NCBI GenBank assembly: GCA_020184695.1
Contig: JAANOX010000278.1
Coordinates: 310,001-374,000, forward strand
DNA length: 64,000 nucleotides
From: Histomonas meleagridis 2922-C6/04-290x
Lineage: Eukaryota > Protista > Parabasalia
Direction: 5' to 3'
Part shown: piece after piece, positions 55,016 through 64,000 of the stretch
Layout: each line of letters opens with the position of its first letter
How positions within the stretch are numbered: the first letter of the stretch is position 1
Notes under the pieces: generated by a model
Seen by the model: only the letters and a program-made list of their open reading frames with translations
Databases searched by the model: none
Told to the model about the DNA's origin: nothing
Made by a program: the position numbers and the translations under genes

Positions 55016-55588
55016 TTATTTAAAATTCTGTAATGTTGCACTTATCTTAGAAAGTTCTTCAGATAGATCATTAATGCCTGATTGTGTGAAACAAATATTA
55101 AATGAGTCATTTGTTCCATTAAAGTGGCACTGAACAATTGGTGTGATTTTGCTTAATCCAAATTTTGAATCAGAAGGAAGAACAGATACCCATTTGAGGT
55201 CAGTAAGGCGGTTGTCGAATGGACACAGTTGAGCGTATTGTTGTTGGAGGCTTGCTTGTGTCTTTTTCCAATATTGATGAAGAGCTTTTGAAATTAATTT
55301 TTCATTTGAAAACATTTTTTCAATTTCTTGATCAAAAGAATTTAAGTCAAGACAGTACGCCATTCCTTTTCTGAAAATTGTTATGAGATTTGAAACAAGT
55401 CTTGTTCTGACATGTTCGTCAATATCAAGAAGTGTCAAGTTAAGTGATTCTTCTGTTTTCTTCCCAAGAACTATGTCAGCTGTTGTCTGAAGAATAAGAA
55501 TCAGGCGTTCTTCGTCTATTGCTTCCATTCCTAATTGGCAAATGTTTGATGAAACGATAGAACGATACGAAGAACGATCTAATTTCAT
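55016..55588 (-). CDS. COMM-domain (COMMD) protein
   Basis: 190 aa; helical N-terminus; C-terminal RLTDLKWVS...PIVQCHF...FTQSGINDLSEELSKI. Confidence 0.7.
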   Translation of the reverse strand: MKLDRSSYRSIVSSNICQLGMEAIDEERLILILQTTADIVLGKKTEESLNLTLLDIDEHVRTRLVSNLITIFRKGMAYCLDLNSFDQEIEKMFSNEKLISKALHQYWKKTQASLQQQYAQLCPFDNRLTDLKWVSVLPSDSKFGLSKITPIVQCHFNGTNDSFNICFTQSGINDLSEELSKISATLQNFK

Positions 55589-55811
55589 TCAATTTTCTTT
55601 TCTTTTTACAAATTTATTATTTCTTGTTTTGATTTACTATATTTATTATATTTTATGAAAAATACACTATGTTAGTTGTTTTGAAAGAAATGATAATTAT
55701 CGCAAGCTCTTTATTGAATCGTGTCTCTTTTTGTAAATTAAACACAAAAGCAAAACTGAAATAAAACCATTCGTATAAGTGATTTGTGAAAATCATGAAT
55801 TAAAAACAAGT

Positions 55812-57443
55812 ATGGACGAATTTGGAATAATAATTGTGTCAACAATGTCTTTTTTAAGTATTATAATTGTTATTTTATTCTTTTGGGTTTATGGATTATT
55901 TAAGTTCCCATGGTATGCTTCAACATTCATGATTTTATCAGGGTCAATTCCAATGATAATGCTAATTGGTATTTTACCCTATGATATTTCCAATTCCTCA
56001 TTTGGAAAGAAACCTAAGGAAATTAGATACTTGAATTTATTATTAAATGTTCTTTATTGGATTTCATTTATCCTTTCATGGATCATTAATCCTTTCGTTA
56101 TTTCATACATTAGTTATAGTAATAGTATTTCATTAAAGCATAGAATTTGTTTAGCTATTTGGGATAATCTTATTTTTTATGGTGTTATCTTTGCAATAAT
56201 TATGGTTGGAATATTGATTTTAATAGAAACACACCGTTTAACATGGGCATCTATTTTGCCTCTTGGTATAGCATTATCTAATGGATATGGTCTTATACTC
56301 CTATGTCTTTGCCTTGGATATGCCTTTGTTTCACTTCCTAGAGAAATATGGAGAAATGCCAATCCTTCATATAAGTACATTCATTCATTATTCTATATAT
56401 CCAAAGAATTTAAAGAACTTTCAAAATATATGACTGATTGTGAAGCTATTCTTGAATGTGTTGAAAAAGCACGTTTGGAACTTGGTGAAGGTATTGGCAT
56501 TATATTTCGGGAAAAAGGTCAACCACGCATCAATAAACTCAACAAATTTAAAAGTTTGGTTCCCATTCCGGAAGATTTTTATATCCAAACTCGTTTTAAA
56601 AATAAAATGATAATAAGATTCAAAAAATTTAATTGGAAGAATTGTTCTATTTATAATCTTGAAGATTTTTTTGCAATAATTGATAAAACATTGTTTTCAT
56701 TAAAACAATCAACATGCTTTCTTAGACATTCTGCTAATAATGCATTAAAAGCTTTAGTAAGATATCAAAAGCAAAAACACAGCATTTGTTTCATGTTACG
56801 CCTTTTATCTGTTATCATAGCAATTCTCAATGTTATTTGTTTATGGAGTGAAATATGCCTTATGATCAATCCAAAATTTTCTATTTTTTATCAAATATCT
56901 CATGTAGACATGCCAGAAATAGTTGGCATATTTATATCAACGCCAATCATATTGTATTTAATTATATTAGGATGTTGGAGCCTTATGCATCTTAAAATGG
57001 GTTCATACTTTAAGTTTATTAAAGGATCAACAAATTTAAATACATTAAACTGCTTTGTAAACATATTATGCAGATTAGGTCCCACAATTGGTTTTCATTA
57101 TATGCAACAGATAGGAGCAAATGAAAGTCAGTTCCAGAAGGTAATGGGAGTTATGGATGTTGTAGTTTTCATTGGGGATAAATGGAACATTTTTTCTCCA
57201 ATTTTTCTTATTTTGGTGATTTTATTTTTCGTCTTGAAAATAGACGAAAAGGCAGTGCTTTTATGTGGGTGTGATGATTTATATTTCGAATCTTTATATA
57301 CTGATTTAAATTCGTTGGAAATAGGTGAAAAAATCCTTGTAGAACTGGAACCTGAAGCTAGACATCTGATCAACAACGAGCTAACCTATAAAAAAATTAT
57401 TACTAGGAAGCTTCCAAGTGATAATTCACTATTCAGCAATTAA
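55812..57443 (+). CDS. LMBR1-family multipass membrane protein (LMBRD2-like)
   Basis: Multiple TMs; ILPYDI, YWISFILSWIINPF, ALSNGYGLIL, GYAFVSLPREIW, CRLGPTIGFHY. First ATG is at 55812. Confidence 0.88.
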   Translation: MDEFGIIIVSTMSFLSIIIVILFFWVYGLFKFPWYASTFMILSGSIPMIMLIGILPYDISNSSFGKKPKEIRYLNLLLNVLYWISFILSWIINPFVISYISYSNSISLKHRICLAIWDNLIFYGVIFAIIMVGILILIETHRLTWASILPLGIALSNGYGLILLCLCLGYAFVSLPREIWRNANPSYKYIHSLFYISKEFKELSKYMTDCEAILECVEKARLELGEGIGIIFREKGQPRINKLNKFKSLVPIPEDFYIQTRFKNKMIIRFKKFNWKNCSIYNLEDFFAIIDKTLFSLKQSTCFLRHSANNALKALVRYQKQKHSICFMLRLLSVIIAILNVICLWSEICLMINPKFSIFYQISHVDMPEIVGIFISTPIILYLIILGCWSLMHLKMGSYFKFIKGSTNLNTLNCFVNILCRLGPTIGFHYMQQIGANESQFQKVMGVMDVVVFIGDKWNIFSPIFLILVILFFVLKIDEKAVLLCGCDDLYFESLYTDLNSLEIGEKILVELEPEARHLINNELTYKKIITRKLPSDNSLFSN

Positions 57444-57647
57444 ATGTTGAAGAAGTGATTCTTAAATATTTTTCAAATAAAATATCAGAAAACATGAGAT
57501 ATATTATTTATTTTTGCAAATTAAATACAAAGATACCTTTTGTGGGATGCGTCATTAATGACTTCTTCACTTTTCTATTGCATTAGTTCATTTATATATA
57601 AATTACTATATTCCATATATTCCATAATAATATTTAATAAACAGATT

Positions 57648-57700
57648 GGGGCTTTAGCGCATCTGGGAGAGCAAACGTCATCTGAAGATCGTGAGGTACC
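57648..57700 (+). pseudogene. tRNA-Phe(GAA)-like 5' fragment, degenerate and truncated before the T-arm
   Basis: GGGGCTT-TAGCGCA-TCTGGGAGAGC...CTGAAGA-TCGTG-AGGTACC, then T7. It has an A-box/D-arm and a GAA anticodon loop but no TTCGA or 3' acceptor strand. Confidence 0.5.
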
Positions 57701-57883
57701 ATTTTTTTCAAAATATTTTTATGAAAATTTGCCACAATGATGTGAAATCGTCTTATTGACAATATTGAATACTTTATTTTCGTTTCACCACACAAACATT
57801 TTGCGCACTCAATCGACAACGATAATTTAACGTATCCAACAAGCTAAAACTAAAAGCTTGTCCAATAATATTAACTAAAGGTT

Positions 57884-59101
57884 ATGCGTATAATAAAATT
57901 TCACTGGGCTATGCTTTGCGCTTTATTAATAGTATTTTTTATAAGTGCAGTTTTTAATTATCATAAAACACTAAATGATTTCAATCTAGATATATATCTT
58001 AACAATGATGATAATTTCAGACCATATAAAAAATCTACACTTACATTTATAAAGCCAACAGTTGTGATGGGCCAGTTTCCATCTTACTTAGTCAATACTT
58101 CAGATTTTTCATGGAAAGTGGATGTTCCAACTCCTCAAATCGAAATTATTGGACCTGAAGCAGTTAATCAATTTAATCCAGTTTATGTTGATCCTAGCTT
58201 TTTTGATGGAGCTAAATTTCATGTAATGCAAAATACTTATTTCTTACCTGATTGTGTATTTCTTCAAAACAACTCATATGTGCTTCTTTCGCATGCATGT
58301 CATCCAAGGTATTGGGATGGTTTATATCAACAGCCAGATAAAATCACATATAATCTTACATATTATAAAAAAGTAATTTGTATAGGCCACCAGCACACGT
58401 CAGATTATGGCCATTGGTTCTTAGAAGTGTTTCCAGTTTATGTTGCATTACCACAAAATCTTTTACATGAAAGTATAATTATTGTTCCAGAAGAACGCGA
58501 ATATATCTACCAATGTTTAGAAACGCTCGGTATTAAACGCGAGCAAGTTATTGCTGGCCACAATGATGCCTTTTTCGCCGATACATTTTATACTGTATCA
58601 TATAAATTTTGTGGCGATTTAGTACCATACTTTATAGACAACTTCCGAAAGTTTTTCGTCAAGACATTTGATTTAGACCATGTTAAGCCACATCGTTTTG
58701 TAATGTATAATCGTAAAAACACAAGTCGTAGTATCGGCAATTTCAAGGAAGTAATGGATATGGTCCACACGAAATTCCCAAATATTCCATGGGAAGAAGG
58801 CGAAATTCCAAAAAATATTGAAGATCAAGCAAAATATTTCAATGAAATTAAGTTCTTCTTCGGTATCCATGGATCAGCTTTGGCCGGAGCAATTTATATG
58901 CAGCCGGGAACAGCTGTTGTTGAAATGCAGATGGAACAATGGCTATTGTCATTTTTGTATTTGTCAAGATACACAAGCAAAATTATGGTATCCGGAAGAG
59001 ATCCAAAGATTTCGTGGAGTGGACTCGAGCCTTGTACATTGGACCTGAATTATACCGAAACACTCATTAGAAGAGCTTTAGAAAAACTGGGGGCAATTTG
59101 A
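57884..59101 (+). CDS. Glycosyltransferase family 61 (DUF563) type II membrane protein
   Basis: N-terminal TM, YGHWFLE, FFGIHGSALAGAIYMQPGTAVVE. Confidence 0.85.
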   Translation: MRIIKFHWAMLCALLIVFFISAVFNYHKTLNDFNLDIYLNNDDNFRPYKKSTLTFIKPTVVMGQFPSYLVNTSDFSWKVDVPTPQIEIIGPEAVNQFNPVYVDPSFFDGAKFHVMQNTYFLPDCVFLQNNSYVLLSHACHPRYWDGLYQQPDKITYNLTYYKKVICIGHQHTSDYGHWFLEVFPVYVALPQNLLHESIIIVPEEREYIYQCLETLGIKREQVIAGHNDAFFADTFYTVSYKFCGDLVPYFIDNFRKFFVKTFDLDHVKPHRFVMYNRKNTSRSIGNFKEVMDMVHTKFPNIPWEEGEIPKNIEDQAKYFNEIKFFFGIHGSALAGAIYMQPGTAVVEMQMEQWLLSFLYLSRYTSKIMVSGRDPKISWSGLEPCTLDLNYTETLIRRALEKLGAI

Positions 59102-59369
59102 ATCAAAACTTATGAATTGCGATCAATAAAAAATTGTTTGTCAAAAGTGTTTCTATGTTGTCTATTCTTTAATAAAGAAAAGAATCTGATTGATCAACAT
59201 TGGTGCACCAATATATTGAATGGTCTATGCAAAAGTGTCTTTCCTGCTATTGAATTTGTTATCGTTTTGTAATCCATTTGATGTTGATCCACATTATAAA
59301 AGAACATATTAAAATAATTTTAAATGTAATATATAGAAGTTGATTTACATAAATACACAAAAGAAAGTA

Positions 59370-60017
59370 TTAGAAAAGATTTTGATTTTCGAGTTCAGAA
59401 ATACTTAGCTCATCAGCAGGTTCATTTTCGTTTTCATGATGACCACATGGACCAAACCATATATCACCAACAAAAGAAACGCCGAATTTGTCTGGGAAAA
59501 TTTCTGAAATTCCAATGACAAAGCATACAAATGATGGAACACCAATAACGCAACCAATAATAAAAAATATGCCTCTGATAGTGATGTCGAACTTACCTCC
59601 AAGCGACCCAACGAAAAACGATATCGCAAGCATTAATGGTACTAAACTCCAATATCCAAGAATAAACCCTTGATTCTTGAGATCAGCTTTTTCGGATGTG
59701 AGGGAAATAAGCTCTACGGTGCTTTTATTTGTGATTCCACATTCGCGAAGTGTTCCATTTTGGAAAAGACGATTATTATATTTCACAACAAAATCATAAC
59801 CGATATACTCTGGGTTAGTCCTTTGAAACATAACAACAAGTTTCCTAATGCTTATGTTTTGTTCAACAACAAGCTTGGAAAATGTTTGAATCCTTTTGCC
59901 TGTATGAAGTCGATCAGGAACTGATGCTTTAATATTGAGAGTCAGCGAGGTAGAAATAATAGGTTCGCCACCAAAATTTTCTATATTTTGTTGAATTAAG
60001 CTTTCATATATAGTCAT
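59370..60017 (-). CDS. Ubiquitin-like domain protein with two C-terminal TM helices
   Basis: ISIRKL...FVVKYNNRLFQNGTLRECGITNKSTVEL, then two hydrophobic segments. Confidence 0.65.
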   Translation of the reverse strand: MTIYESLIQQNIENFGGEPIISTSLTLNIKASVPDRLHTGKRIQTFSKLVVEQNISIRKLVVMFQRTNPEYIGYDFVVKYNNRLFQNGTLRECGITNKSTVELISLTSEKADLKNQGFILGYWSLVPLMLAISFFVGSLGGKFDITIRGIFFIIGCVIGVPSFVCFVIGISEIFPDKFGVSFVGDIWFGPCGHHENENEPADELSISELENQNLF

Positions 60018-60885
60018 CTTGATAATTTTTTTTAATTTAGATTTCTCTCAAAAAGTCGTTTTTTTGAATCATGGCACTTTTCCCCATCTCAAGTTCTAAT
60101 TGACTTATATCATACTTTTGGAAATAATGGTTATGAAAATTTATGACTATGTAGAGTCGAACTTGTGGTTCCGGTTTTTCGTAAAATTATGCTAAAATTG
60201 CTATAATCTTGAAAGAATTCTTTCAACAACATCCAATAGAATTTTAACTTTTTATTAGAACTTATGATAAAAGTGTCAATGTGAAACAATTGAATAGAAA
60301 TCAATTCTTTTCTGGAAAATATTTCTTCAAGGCCCCAGCTAGCTCATAATTATACATTTCAAATGTTCCGATTTTCCAATCATGTTAAGCTTATATTAAG
60401 TATTTAGCTGATCACGTATATTATCTTCATATAAACCTGATTGAATTAAAAGCGTTTTATGGTACGAAGACCCTTTCTTGTCTGCAAGCTGATTTAAAAA
60501 AAAAAACGATAAATCATAAAATGAAAAAATTAGAGATTCAAAAATTGTTCTTCAAAGATTTGAATCTGTAACTCATACATCCTCTTTGAATATCTGTGCT
60601 CAGCTACATTGTAAAAATTTCGAAATTTAACCAAGAAAACAATTTCTTTTTTATTACACATTTATTTATTCTTTTTTCATTAAATAGCATTAGAACCTAA
60701 GTTTTGGTAGAGGGTGCTGTTTTTTTTTATAGTAAAAGATGATATTTGTTAGTTCCAAAATTACTTTCTTACTTACAGAGCAAAATTGATCCCAGCGTAC
60801 ATAACCGCCAACGATAATTGAATCCAATTCAAAATATTGAAAAAACTTTTTGAAAACAAAATTCTCAAAAAGTGATCACTTTTTG

Positions 60886-61596
60886 ATGTCCAACCAAGCC
60901 GCAGATCCGCCACAACAACTCGAACCAACTAACCCAATTGTATACAGAGGGGAGTTAGATCCTCATTATAATTACATTCCTGCGCAATTATCCGGAAAGA
61001 CAAAGAGAAAAACAAAACGCACAGAGCCTAAAGTCAAAACACTTCCAGCAATTCTTGACGGAGATTTTCCAGAATCAAACGAAAACTATACCAAAATGCT
61101 CCAAGATGAAACTTTATTACTTTCTCCAAGTGAACTCGGTTTCGTTCCTTCCGGATTTTGGGTATCTTCAACAGTCACATTTTGCGACACCGTACACAAT
61201 TTCTTCCAAAAGAAAAACAATTCCAATTGTCGTTTCCCGCACAAACTATATAACGCATTACAACTCGTTGAAAAAAAACCAGAAATGTATCCATACGTAG
61301 GAGTCAAATGGCTTAGCGACGTTGTGTTCAAGGTAGACAAATATATCTTTGGAAGGCTTTTAGGGATTACGTCATTTGATGGCGGATTATTCCATAGCCA
61401 AGGAAATTTTCCATCTCATGGCTTTCACGAAATTGTGGGTGATGCCATCCAAAACTTCTATTCCAACTTAAATTTGGAGGGAGTAGATTTTGATCGAGTT
61501 CGAATTATAACACATTCAAATGGATTTGCAAAAGACGTTGACGAAAACTTAATTAATCAATTAAAGTGGAACAGCAATGAAACGAAAGTTGTGTAA
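60886..61596 (+). CDS. Initiator-binding-domain (IBD, IBP39-like) protein
   Basis: RFPHKLYNAL, VGVKWLSDVVFKVDK..FGRLLGI, GGLFHSQGNFPSHGF, typical of the parabasalid IBD family. First ATG is at 60886. Confidence 0.9.
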   Translation: MSNQAADPPQQLEPTNPIVYRGELDPHYNYIPAQLSGKTKRKTKRTEPKVKTLPAILDGDFPESNENYTKMLQDETLLLSPSELGFVPSGFWVSSTVTFCDTVHNFFQKKNNSNCRFPHKLYNALQLVEKKPEMYPYVGVKWLSDVVFKVDKYIFGRLLGITSFDGGLFHSQGNFPSHGFHEIVGDAIQNFYSNLNLEGVDFDRVRIITHSNGFAKDVDENLINQLKWNSNETKVV

Positions 61597-62141
61597 CTTT
61601 CATTTTTATGAATAAATATGATCAATAGCATTAAATTTTTTTTTTCAAGAATTATGGTAAACCACTATGTAAATGTACGTAAGCTAATGTTAATGACTTA
61701 TTTCATGAGTGAGCAATAAGCATGAGTATGTAATGATAAACCTTAAACTTATAAATTGAATGTGTAAAATTTATTGAAATAGAGCAGTGTTCTAGATTCA
61801 ATACTGAATGTTTGTTATTAATCATTGCTGAATGTTATTTTAACAATATTATCCCCACTCTGAAAAGGCAAAATATATTTTGGGAACAAAATGCCGTGGA
61901 CAAAATTTGTCAAAACATATCAAAAGATGATAAAAATTCATTTATTTCCTTGTACGCAAACTTTTTGTAGAAAACAATAATACTCATCTTTTGCTGCCTT
62001 TATGCATGTAGGCTATATATTTGGTGAAAAAAGAAGAATAGGCATTGGAAATTAGGCGATCAAAGATATTTTGCCATTCAATCTGTCAAATAATCCAATT
62101 TTTGAAAGCAAGTGATCACACAATATTTTGGCAGATTCAAG

Positions 62142-62453
62142 ATGGGAAAAAAGTCTCAAGGGAATCGAAAGAATTCTTTTTCCCCATCTAGTGGAAACAA
62201 CATTGATTATCAAACTTTTGACAGGTCTTTTCAAAGAATCCTTGAAGCTTGTATAAGGAATAACCAATCAGAAGTAAACATTGGATTACCAGGAAACTCT
62301 TTATGCGGCATTGTTTGTGATACAGATTATGGGGAAGTACCATTTCCAAATGTAGATTTTTTGGAGAGAGATGTCTTAAACATCAATCGTTCTTCATCAG
62401 AAGATGATTTACCAGGGTCAGAAACGGACAATCGACGTGATAAACCAAGTTAA
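62142..62453 (+). CDS. Small hypothetical protein
   Basis: ATG at 62142, coding-like composition, no motif recognised. Confidence 0.5.
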   Translation: MGKKSQGNRKNSFSPSSGNNIDYQTFDRSFQRILEACIRNNQSEVNIGLPGNSLCGIVCDTDYGEVPFPNVDFLERDVLNINRSSSEDDLPGSETDNRRDKPS

Positions 62454-62644
62454 CTTCATTTTTACTTCTTGTGACTGATATGGTAGATTTTTTTTATCAA
62501 TGGAATTCTTTTTAAAAACAATTTTGTGGTGTAAGCATCCTCCGCGCAAGGGCACCAAACACTTTAATATAAATCGATCTGAAAGAAGAACATTTGTTTT
62601 GATTTTTAGTGAAGAAAAAAATAAATGAACGTTTAGATTTTCAG

Positions 62645-64000
62645 ATGATCTCACAAGAACCAAATCCAGCGAATGCTTATTTTCATACTGATTACTTTGA
62701 TTGGAATATTGTAAATGAATTAAATCCAGATGTTATTGAAGCAAAAGAAGATTCAAATCAAATGTCCAAAATTATCTCCTCTTTTTTACTTTGTAAGTTT
62801 TCAAGCTACGATTTCAATATCATTAAAGTCCCTATTGTTTTTCGTCTTCTCAAACATCTACACGTTTGTATTTCATATCTTTTAAAGTGTCAAAGCATTC
62901 TGGATGAAAATAACAACGAATTAAAGAAGTCCAACAAAAAAATACGATCAAAATATGTCATCCTTCAAAAGCAATTTATGCGAATCAAATCAGAACTCAA
63001 ACGTGAGAGAACATCTGAAAAATGTCCAATCTGTAAATGTATATTTTATTCTACAAATGAACAAGAAAAACATATTCAAAGATTTCACACCCAATTTTTT
63101 GATGCATGGCAACATATATGCAATAATGAGCCATTAGAAGATTTTCATGATGAAGTTGAACAACTTCAGCAACAACTTAAAAAGCAATTTGAATTATTTA
63201 CGCAAAAAGAAAAAGAATTTCATTCACTCAAAAACATAATTTTAACTATTTCTAAGCCTCAATCGAAAGAAATCAAACACAAAACGCCAAATTTAATACT
63301 TCAAAAAAATCTTTTTTCATATACAACTAAACCACAAATAGAAAATGAATTCGATCAAATCCCAAATCACATACAAAACAAAGCGCGTGATTTCCTACTT
63401 AAAAGGAACAGATATAAATTCGATCAACCAGAAACAACAGAACAAATTGAAGAAAGGATCAAAAAATTCATGGATAAAAGTTATAATAAATACAACAAAA
63501 AGCAAACAAAGAAAACGCAAAACGAAACATCAATTAAAATACCAAAACGTACTTCATCTACTAAGTCAATTGCATATGAAATTTCTTATGCTATTCCTCA
63601 AAGAGATATATTTTCTGAAGCGGAATATTCATATCCAAATGAATCAAATGATTCTGAATTAAATAATGAATCAATGAAATCAGTCGATGATAATGTACAA
63701 TATGAACAAAATTCGATAAATGAAAATTCTCAGAAAACAAAATCATCTGAAAAAACTGAAGTTACAGAAAATGATAAAAAGTCAAGCGAAGTCTCCGAAA
63801 TACCTAAAAAGAATTCGCAAACAGTTTCGGATTTGAGCGAAAGTGTAAAAGTTAATGAATCGAATAAAGAAAAAGAAGACGGAAGATTTGATGGATTCGC
63901 TTCGAGTTCATCAAGTGATGATGAACAAGAAAAACCTAAAACAAACGGGAAAATGAATTTTGATGGATTTGCGTCAAGTTCAGATGATGAAGAAAATAAC
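62645..64000 (+). CDS. Dzip1/Iguana-like protein (Dzip-like N domain, C2H2 finger, coiled coil); 3'-partial, runs off the window
   Basis: My own translation is open to 64000: FDWNIVNELNPDVI, FRLLKHLHVCISYLL, EKCPICKCIFYSTNEQEKHIQRFH. It is absent from the ORF track because there is no stop codon in the window. Confidence 0.75.
   Translation, partial: MISQEPNPANAYFHTDYFDWNIVNELNPDVIEAKEDSNQMSKIISSFLLCKFSSYDFNIIKVPIVFRLLKHLHVCISYLLKCQSILDENNNELKKSNKKIRSKYVILQKQFMRIKSELKRERTSEKCPICKCIFYSTNEQEKHIQRFHTQFFDAWQHICNNEPLEDFHDEVEQLQQQLKKQFELFTQKEKEFHSLKNIILTISKPQSKEIKHKTPNLILQKNLFSYTTKPQIENEFDQIPNHIQNKARDFLLKRNRYKFDQPETTEQIEERIKKFMDKSYNKYNKKQTKKTQNETSIKIPKRTSSTKSIAYEISYAIPQRDIFSEAEYSYPNESNDSELNNESMKSVDDNVQYEQNSINENSQKTKSSEKTEVTENDKKSSEVSEIPKKNSQTVSDLSESVKVNESNKEKEDGRFDGFASSSSSDDEQEKPKTNGKMNFDGFASSSDDEENN

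Noticed and set aside
60332-60347. CCCCAGCTAGCTCA, resembling a tRNA 5' end
   Set aside because: Only about 14 nt match; no D-arm, anticodon arm or T-arm follows

Overview
This is eukaryotic, AT-rich, gene-dense DNA from a parabasalid protist (Trichomonas/Tritrichomonas/Histomonas group; the species cannot be fixed from sequence alone). Support for that assignment: an initiator-binding-domain (IBD) protein, two BspA/TpLRR surface proteins, TCA(C/T)TTT initiator and CCTTT core-promoter motifs just upstream of start codons, and almost no introns. About 35 protein-coding genes are present. They include cytosolic Hsp70, RPS29, RPL19, RPL12, ALG11, USP39/Sad1, AK6/Fap7, RRS1, a cyclophilin, a BEACH protein, a kinase, WD40, TBC, LMBR1, COMMD, GT61 and Dzip-like proteins. 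Several starts in the ORF track are non-ATG or too far upstream and are corrected here. The most notable observations are: (1) a probable NELF-B/COBRA1 homologue; (2) a 23-nt GT-AG intron in the cyclophilin; (3) a single 99-bp ankyrin repeat flanked on both sides by a 20-bp minisatellite; (4) a prokaryote-type adenosine-specific kinase gene with an internal deletion joining its N-terminal half to the last codons; (5) a truncated, tail-anchored Hsp70-like protein; (6) a chimeric BspA with two stalk-TM modules separated by one in-frame TAA; (7) a tRNA-Phe-like 5' fragment ending in oligo-T; and (8) several pseudo-enzymes. All homology calls are from motif recognition by eye; no database search was run. 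I found no CRISPR array, rRNA or intact transposon.
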